DNA of 5,584 nt. Source: Prasinococcaceae sp. CCMP 1430 (taxonomy: Eukaryota; Plantae; Prasinodermophyta). The stretch lies in the NCBI GenBank assembly GCA_013416795.1, contig RQSC01000842.1:37797-43380 (forward strand), in the 5' to 3' direction. Below, one piece after another: positions 1 through 5,558 of this stretch; positions within the stretch are counted from its first letter, which is position 1; each line of letters starts with the position of its first letter. The notes beneath the pieces are model-generated. The model searched no databases. It was not told where the DNA came from and saw only the letters and a program-made list of their open reading frames with translations. The translations under genes and the position numbers were made by a program.

Positions 1-1
1 G

Positions 2-1291
2 CGCAGTGCGCCGCAAGCGCCGCGAGCGTCGCGAGCGGCCCCGCCGCGCGTGCCGCGGCGAGGCCGGGCATGCGCGCTGAGTCCAGTGGCTGCGACCAGC
101 GCCGTGACAGCAGCCGCACCTGCTACAGCGGCGCTGTGTGCGTGCGCAGTGGCGGCGGCGGCGTTGGAGGCGAGGTACGTGTGGGCGAAATCGGTATCTT
201 CGCCGCTGCTCGCGATGGGCCTCGCCGCATTGCTTGCCTCGGCCGGGCTCTTGCCTTCGGCGTCGGCCGCATACGACGCGGTGTGGGGCTGCGTCCTCCC
301 GTTCGCGTTGTGCTGCTCGGTGCTTGATGGGGGTGCGAACGTGGGCGTGCGAGCCGGCGCGACGCCAGCGATGCGCCAAACCCTGGTAGCCTTTGTCGCG
401 GGGGCACTTGCGACGCTTGCTGGCACGGCGTTTGCATGGGCGCTCGTGGGCGCTTCGCTCGGCCCGGACGGCGCGGGGCTGGCAGGTGCGCTGTGTGCAA
501 GCTACGTGGGGGGCAGCGTCAATTTCGCCGCAACTGCGGCGGCGGCAAGAGTTGGTCCAGAGGTAATCGCCAGTGCGATGGCCGCGGACAATGTCCTCAT
601 GGCGGCGTTCTTCGGCGTGCTCACGGCCTTTCCCGACGACGGTGCGGCGAAGCCTGCGGGTGGCAAGGGTCGACCGGTCGCGGCTGCGGCGGCGGGCCAG
701 GCCTTTGAACCAAGCGAGGCGGGGGGGATGAAGTCGTCGAGGCAGGCAACACTCGTCAGCGTGTGCACATTCAGCGCTGTCGCCTTGGCAGCGTGCGTTG
801 GCGGGGGGAGAATCGCATCAGCGCTTGGCGAGCGCTTCGCGAGCTTCGGGCTGGCTATCTCCGCGGTGCTCGCAACGTCGCTCGGGTGGGCGGTGCGGCG
901 AGCAATGCCCGCAAGCGCACGTGCGCGTGCCTTCGCTGGCGCGTCGGAGATGGGGGGCGCGCTGATGCTGCTTTTCTTTGCCGTCATCGGTGCTGCGGAT
1001 AGCCCGGCCGTTGCCGCCAAGGCTGGCGTGCCCGCGCTCGCCTTCATCTGCGTGCTCCTCGGAACGCACCTCGTTCTAACGCTCGCGATTGGCGCGGCGA
1101 TGGGCCTGCCGCGTCGCGCGGTCCTGGTGGCGTCAAATGCGTGCGTCGGAGGGCCCGCGACGGCGGCGGCAATGGCAGCCGCGAGGGGCTGGTCCGAGCT
1201 CGCTAGGCCTGCGGTCGCCGTAGGCACGCTCGGCTATGTGTGTGGGACCGCGCTTGGCTGCGCTGTCGCGGCGGCGCTCGGCGCCCTGTGA
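2..1291 (+). CDS. DUF819 family multi-pass membrane protein, 5'-partial, with a possible plastid transit peptide
   Basis: The frame is open from base 2 to TGA at 1289-1291. It carries recognisable DUF819 motifs (SYVGGSVNF 500-526, AADNV, ASNACVGGPATAAAMA ~1130-1177, GTLGYVCGT) and many hydrophobic segments. The first in-frame ATG (215) lies inside the conserved region, so the true start is probably upstream of the window. The first ~55 residues are Arg/Ala/Ser/Pro-rich with no acidic residue, like a transit peptide. Confidence 0.88.
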   Translation, partial: RSAPQAPRASRAAPPRVPRRGRACALSPVAATSAVTAAAPATAALCACAVAAAALEARYVWAKSVSSPLLAMGLAALLASAGLLPSASAAYDAVWGCVLPFALCCSVLDGGANVGVRAGATPAMRQTLVAFVAGALATLAGTAFAWALVGASLGPDGAGLAGALCASYVGGSVNFAATAAAARVGPEVIASAMAADNVLMAAFFGVLTAFPDDGAAKPAGGKGRPVAAAAAGQAFEPSEAGGMKSSRQATLVSVCTFSAVALAACVGGGRIASALGERFASFGLAISAVLATSLGWAVRRAMPASARARAFAGASEMGGALMLLFFAVIGAADSPAVAAKAGVPALAFICVLLGTHLVLTLAIGAAMGLPRRAVLVASNACVGGPATAAAMAAARGWSELARPAVAVGTLGYVCGTALGCAVAAALGAL

Positions 1292-1297
1292 AAATGT

Positions 1298-1302
1298 TGT
1301 AA
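1298..1302 (+). terminator. Candidate TGTAA polyadenylation signal
   Basis: TGTAA lies 6 nt after the DUF819 stop in a short AT-rich island (AAAATGTTGTAACTAATGTATT). UGUAA is the established near-upstream poly(A) element in chlorophyte algae. Confidence 0.45.
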
Positions 1303-1403
1303 CTAATGTATTCTGGCCCGCCTGCGGAGCGCGACCTGCGCACGGACAAGGGCGCGCGCGCCACCGCGGCGCCGCCATTGCGCGCCGCGCGCCTGCCGGC
1401 GAG

Positions 1404-1667
1404 NNNNNNNNNNNNNNNNNNNNNNNNNNNNNNNNNNNNNNNNNNNNNNNNNNNNNNNNNNNNNNNNNNNNNNNNNNNNNNNNNNNNNNNNNNNNNNNNN
1501 NNNNNNNNNNNNNNNNNNNNNNNNNNNNNNNNNNNNNNNNNNNNNNNNNNNNNNNNNNNNNNNNNNNNNNNNNNNNNNNNNNNNNNNNNNNNNNNNNNNN
1601 NNNNNNNNNNNNNNNNNNNNNNNNNNNNNNNNNNNNNNNNNNNNNNNNNNNNNNNNNNNNNNNNNNN
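1404..1667. other. Assembly gap (264 N)
   Basis: A run of N flanked by extremely GC-rich sequence. Confidence 1.
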
Positions 1668-1695
1668 GGCGCGGCCGGCGGCCGCGCGCCCCAAA

Positions 1696-1728
1696 GCGCG
1701 TGCGCACGTGCGTGCGCGTGCGCGTGCG
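1696..1728. repeat. 33-nt perfect alternating purine-pyrimidine tract
   Basis: GCGCGTGCGCACGTGCGTGCGCGTGCGCGTGCG has no AT/TA steps and includes the palindrome CGCACGTGCG (1703-1712, G-box core CACGTG). Confidence 0.85.
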
Positions 1729-1825
1729 GGCAGGCGCGCGGCTAGCAGGCCAGCTGTTGGTCGGCGGGGAAGGGAGAGGCGTATCGAAGCTTTCGCCAAC
1801 ACAGCAGGCGAGTCTCTGCGTCGCG

Positions 1826-2965
1826 ATGCCGTTGACGCGAGCGCGCTCGGCGCGTCGCAAGCTCGACCTCGTGCGGGCGGGCGAGCTCGAGACCGAGAAG
1901 CTGAACAAGTACGATTTCTACGTGTGTGAGCACTGCGGCGACGGCGAGGACGACGTGAACATGATCATCTGCGACGGCTGCGACAAGGGTTTTCACCTGT
2001 ACTGTCTGTGTCCCATCCTGCCGACGATTCCCGCGGGCGACTGGCTGTGCAGGAAGTGCGAGAACAAGGCGAGCGAGCAGATACAGCGCTTCCCGCTGCA
2101 GCAGGCGACGCTCGAGCGCTTCTTCCACATCAAGCGCGGAGCGGCACACCTCGACAGCGACAACAACGCCAAGCGCGCCGCTGGGTCGCTGGTGGCCGCC
2201 ACGGGGGGGGAAGTGGGCGGCGCCGTGGCGTGCTGCGCGGCCGGCCGCGTGACGCCTACGCCGAAGAAGAGGAGGCGCCGCGCGGTGCCCGCGCTGTCGC
2301 TCCCGAAGAAGGCCGGTGGGAGCACGCTGCGCGCGTTTCGCCCGGTTGAGGATGAGGAGCGGAAGCTGGTGCTGCAGGCGAGCTTGGCGACGGCGATCCG
2401 CCACGAGGGCGCCGAGTACAGCGAGGAGCTCGTGTACCAGGACAGGGCGGTGGAAAAGGCAAACGTCGCATCGCGCGAGGGCGTGCAGGCGATCGGTGCG
2501 ACCAACATGCGCGCGCTGCAGAAGCACAAGGAGCAGCTGGCGCAGGGCCAGTGGCCACCGCTGCACGTGCGCCACGACAGCGTGGAGGGCTTCGTGGTGG
2601 AGGCCGATGCATCCATCCCTGCGATGACTCTCATCTGTGAATACACTGGCGACGTGTCGTGGGCAAACACCTTTGAGCTCGACCACAGCGACTGCCTGAT
2701 GGACCTGCTCATCCTCGACCACGACAAGGAGCACTCGCTGACCATCTCCGCGGCGAAGCGTTGCAACATCGCGCGCTTCATCTCGGGCGTTAATAACACG
2801 GTGAAGGAGCTGGCGGCGAAGCAGAACGTCAAGTGTGTGCGCTACGAGGTGGATGGGCAGGCGCGCGTGCTGCTCGTCGCGCTGCGCACCATCCGGGAGG
2901 GCGAGAGGCTCTACTACAACTACAATGAGTTCCGGCAGTCGTATGATACCAGCTACTTCGTGTGA
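1826..2965 (+). CDS. ATXR5/6: ATXR5/ATXR6-like histone H3K27 monomethyltransferase (PHD + PIP box + SET), 379 aa
   Basis: ATG 1826 to TGA 2963-2965 with no intron needed. It has a C4HC3 PHD finger, the PIP box QATLERFF, the basic cluster KKRRRR (2264-2281), and a SET domain with ATXR5/6-typical motifs (PPLHVRHDSVEGFVVEAD, EYTGDV, NIARFISGVNN, QNVKCVRY, GERLYYNYN). The start is the first in-frame ATG; an upstream exon in or near the gap cannot be excluded. Confidence 0.92.
   Translation: MPLTRARSARRKLDLVRAGELETEKLNKYDFYVCEHCGDGEDDVNMIICDGCDKGFHLYCLCPILPTIPAGDWLCRKCENKASEQIQRFPLQQATLERFFHIKRGAAHLDSDNNAKRAAGSLVAATGGEVGGAVACCAAGRVTPTPKKRRRRAVPALSLPKKAGGSTLRAFRPVEDEERKLVLQASLATAIRHEGAEYSEELVYQDRAVEKANVASREGVQAIGATNMRALQKHKEQLAQGQWPPLHVRHDSVEGFVVEADASIPAMTLICEYTGDVSWANTFELDHSDCLMDLLILDHDKEHSLTISAAKRCNIARFISGVNNTVKELAAKQNVKCVRYEVDGQARVLLVALRTIREGERLYYNYNEFRQSYDTSYFV
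1925..2059 (+). other. PHD finger of the ATXR5/6 protein
   Basis: CEHC...CDGCDKGFHLYC...WLCRKC fits Cys4-His-Cys3 spacing. Confidence 0.92.
2102..2125 (+). other. PCNA-interacting (PIP) box
   Basis: QATLERFF matches Qxx[ILM]xxFF and sits between PHD and SET, as in plant ATXR5/6. Confidence 0.85.
2555..2923 (+). other. SET domain core
   Basis: It runs from PPLHV to RLYYNY. Tyr at the Phe/Tyr-switch position (RLY-Y-NY) is consistent with monomethylation. Confidence 0.85.
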
Positions 2966-3130
2966 CCGTGGAGCACGGCGAGGGTGCAAGGTCTGCCGCG
3001 CGGGGCAGCGTGCGATGGGTAGGCAGTCGCGGCGGAGGCACCCGCGAGCTTGGGGAGGGGAGGCGTGGCGGGGGCGGCGGCGGGCGGCGGCGGCGGCCGG
3101 GCTCAATGGCATCCTCGGGCGGCGCGCACG

Positions 3131-3636
3131 CTAGAGCAGCGCGGCGCTGGCCCAACCAGCCTGCGTGCGCAACGTGTCAGCAGCCGCGGCAGCGGCGGTA
3201 GCAGGGGTGCGAGCGCGGAGAGGGAACGATATGAGGACGCATGGAGGCGGTGCGGCGGCTCGCAGAGTGTGGCGGAGACGACGCGTACCATGATGAGCCC
3301 ACCTCCGATCGGCGCGACCCGCTTGAGCGATGGGCTGCCAGTGAGCGCCGAGTGGTACAGCGAGCCGGAGAACAGGCACGTGCCCGTAGCGAGGAGCGCC
3401 ACGGGCACTGATTGCACGAACGAGTAGCGCGGGGCGGCGCGTGCGATCGCGGCGAGGCCTAGGATCGTTGGGGCGCAGAGCAGGTGGTAGCGGTTCGCGG
3501 TGTCGTAGATGCGCGCGGCGTGCTCGTCCTCTGCCAGCCGGCCGCTCCCGTGCGCGCCGTACGCGCCCGCGGCCACGCCGCTCGCGCCGGCCGCCGCGGA
3601 GAGGGCGACCGCTAGCCTTCCCGCCGGGCGGCCCAT
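3131..3636 (-). CDS. TMEM256: DUF423/TMEM256 (YgdD-like) small membrane protein; join(complement(3289..3636),complement(3131..3160)), 125 aa; 5' end uncertain
   Basis: Family motifs GAYGAHG, YDTANRYH, LFSGSLY and APIGG are present. Splicing restores the family C-terminus ...APIGGGLIM|AGWASAALL-stop (TAG at 3131-3133). The ATG is at 3636, and the frame stays open upstream through a second acceptor at 3688. Confidence 0.85.
3161..3288 (-). other. 128-nt spliceosomal intron (phase 0)
   Basis: Donor ATG|GTACGC at 3288, branch GCTGAC at 3181-3176, acceptor CGCAG|GCT at 3161. Removal gives the conserved xGW motif in frame. Confidence 0.85.
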
Positions 3637-4384
3637 CGCCGCGCCCGCCCTGCCGCGCAGGGCGCTGAGGAGTGCCGCGCCGCCATGCTGCCGTCGCTTG
3701 TCAGCCCGCACGGCGCGCACACGAGTATTTGCGGTCACGTTGTGACCCCAAACTTGTCAGGGTTTAAAATGCGTGCTTCAGCGTCCGCGTCCACCGCGGC
3801 CACCGCAGGACCGCACCACACAGCTCCGCCTGCTGGTGGCGTCGCTGCGTGCAGAGGGGGGGCGCCGTGCGTGCGCGGCAGAGCGCGCGCAGTCGGCGCA
3901 GTCGAGGGCCGCCTGGGATGGCGGCGCTCGACGGTGCAGCGCGGACGGCTGCGCAGCTGCGCGCGCCGCGCCTGCTCACGGGGGCGCAATCGCGATGCTC
4001 GGCCCGGCGATTGCCCAAGCGCGTAGCCCCGCCGCCTTTCACCCCCAATGCCGTCCTCATTGCCGCGCCCACCAGAGCCAAGCCGTGAGAGCACTTGCGG
4101 TCGTTGCGAGCCGGCCCCGATGCCACCGCCGCCGCCGTCGCCGCCCGGCTTACGCACGCCGCCGCCCGCCCCGAGGTTGCGCGCGCGCGAGCTCGCCATG
4201 GCACCCCCGAGCGCTTCAGAGTGCAGGGGAGCGGGGGGAGGGAGAGGTTGGGGAGGGGAGAAGGTCGCAACGCCGGCGCCGTGCGCGCGTGCCCGCAGAG
4301 GCGCGCGCTGTGAGATGCCGCGCAGCTTGCTGGCGTGCCGACGCATTTTGATCTGGAATGTGTAGACCCTCAAAATGTATACAA

Positions 4385-5216
4385 TTACTCGCCGCTGCTG
4401 CGCCTGGCAAGCGCCTGTGCGACGGGCGCATACGAGCGTCGGTGCTCTTCGCACGCGCCGTGTTTGGCAAGCGCAGCGCGGTGCGCGGCCGTCGGGTAGC
4501 CTTTGTGCTGCGCGAAGCCGTACTGCGGCCATCGCACGTCCATTTCGACGAGCAGGCGGTCACGCGTCACCTTGGCGAGCACAGATGCTGCGGCGATGTT
4601 GAGACACCGAGCGTCACCCTTGATGACGGCGTGCGCGCCCTTGGCGGCAGCAGACTCCATATCCTCCGGCACCTTGTTGCCGTCGATCAGCGCATACTCT
4701 GCGGGGGGCGAGAGTGCAGCCGTCGCGTCTTTCATGCCCTTGAGGGTAGCCTGTAGAATGTTAATCTCGTCGATGGTCGCAGCGCTCACGATGGAGACGG
4801 ACTTGATCACTCTGTCGTCCGCCATCAGTTCCTCATACACGCGCTCGCGCGCGGCCTCGCTCATCTGCTTGGAGTCGTCGAGCCCCTCGGGCACCTCCCA
4901 CCGCTCGTCGCGAGGAAGCACGCATGCGGCCGCGACCACAGGTCCTGCAAGCGGACCGCGACCAGCCTCATCAACGCCTGCGATGGACTGCACGCCCGAC
5001 GCCCACAGCGCAGCCTCGTCGGTGCGAGTTGGTCCCGCCCCTGCAGCACCGGCCTTCGCGGTGCCAGCCTTCGCCTTGGACTTCGGCTTCCTGGCGATCG
5101 CCTTCGATGCGGCCCCGGCCTTGCTTGCCTTNCGCGCCTGCCGGCGAGCGCCGGCCCGCAGGCGCCAGCACGCTCCCCCCGGTCGCCCGGCCCGCGCCAG
5201 CCCTGGCGCGTCCCAT
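4385..5216 (-). CDS. rnhB: Bacterial-type ribonuclease HII with a basic N-terminal extension; start uncertain because of the N at 5132
   Basis: Motifs GVDEAGRGPLAGPVV (DEAGRG at 4972-4955), LDDSK, IDEINILQAT, IDGN, KGDA, IAAASVLAKVTRD and YGFAQHKGYPT are present; stop TAA at 4385-4387. The catalytic frame is open to at least 5131 but has no ATG before an upstream TGA. ATG 5216 joins the frame if the single N stands for 0 or 3n bases (276 aa if 0). Confidence 0.88.
5132..5132. other. Single ambiguous base, probably a contig join or indel artefact
   Basis: It lies exactly where the ATG-5216 frame and the RNase HII frame differ by one base. Confidence 0.7.
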
Positions 5217-5486
5217 CGCCTGGCGTGTCAGGGGGAACGGGCGCCTTTGGATGAAATGCCCGTAGTTCTTCTCGACTGTGCACATTGGCGGGAGGGTTTC
5301 CACTGTATGGATGACGGATTCTTGAATCTGAATGTGATGACTTTTTACGTAGGGTTATGGTTTGCGTGTGATGCATGATGATGCGTGATGTGATGGCGCG
5401 CGGGATGTCAGGTTGTGTGTTTTTTGTGGCGTGTGGTCACAGGTGATATCGCATGGCACGCCGGGTGGAGGGCGGGGGCGCGCGCG

Positions 5487-5512
5487 GTTGGCGGGAAAAA
5501 TGTTGGCGGGAA
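5487..5512 (-). promoter_or_regulatory. Tandem E2F/DP-like sites
   Basis: GTTGGCGGGAA is a direct repeat at 5487-5497 and 5502-5512. The first copy reads TTTCCCGCCAA on the minus strand, a canonical E2F site (TTTCCCGC). A third TTGGCGGGA is at 5285-5293. Confidence 0.55.
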
Positions 5513-5540
5513 CCGCCGCCCGTTTCCAGCAGGGTGGGGG

Positions 5541-5558
5541 GCGCGCGCGCGCGCGCGC
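5541..5558. repeat. (GC)9 dinucleotide repeat
   Basis: A perfect 18-nt GC alternation. Confidence 0.9.

Noticed and set aside
123-1227. Minus-strand ORFs (125, 241 and 83 aa) and short alternative + frames
   Set aside because: They overlap the well-supported DUF819 CDS; long stop-free frames are expected at this GC content.
1700-1825. GTG-initiated N-terminal extension of ATXR5/6
   Set aside because: The context is eukaryotic, the translation comes from a simple-repeat tract, and ATG 1826 gives a typical short N-terminus before the PHD.
1203-1929. ORFs spanning the N gap
   Set aside because: Their length is an artefact of reading through N codons.
3070-3100. GGC/GCC triplet runs here and near 4124-4165
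   Set aside because: They are short, imperfect and common in GC-rich genomes, with no spacer structure, so not a CRISPR array or mobile element.
1742-3112. 456-aa and 279-aa minus-strand ORFs
   Set aside because: They are antisense shadows of the strongly GC3-biased ATXR5/6 CDS and have no recognisable domain.
3773-4351. 192-aa + strand ORF and other + ORFs in the orphan interval
   Set aside because: It starts at GTG, is Arg/Ala/Pro low-complexity and has no recognisable motif. I cannot exclude it, but I cannot support it.
5281-5331. Resemblance to U14 domain A (ACATT...GTTTCCAC) and to a 5.8S rRNA guide (GGATTCTTGAAT-CTGA)
   Set aside because: Against my recollection of those sequences the matches are interrupted, including at the position that would direct methylation, so they are likely chance.
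5316-5333. Heat-shock-element-like TTCnnGAA palindrome (GATTCTTGAATC)
   Set aside because: It has only two nGAAn units; a functional HSE normally needs three.
3759-5358. Telo-box or telomere-like fragments (AGGGTTT near 3759, TAGGGTTA near 5350)
   Set aside because: They are single, short, imperfect copies with no tandem array.
4503-5378. 291-aa + strand ORF
   Set aside because: It is an antisense shadow of RNase HII.
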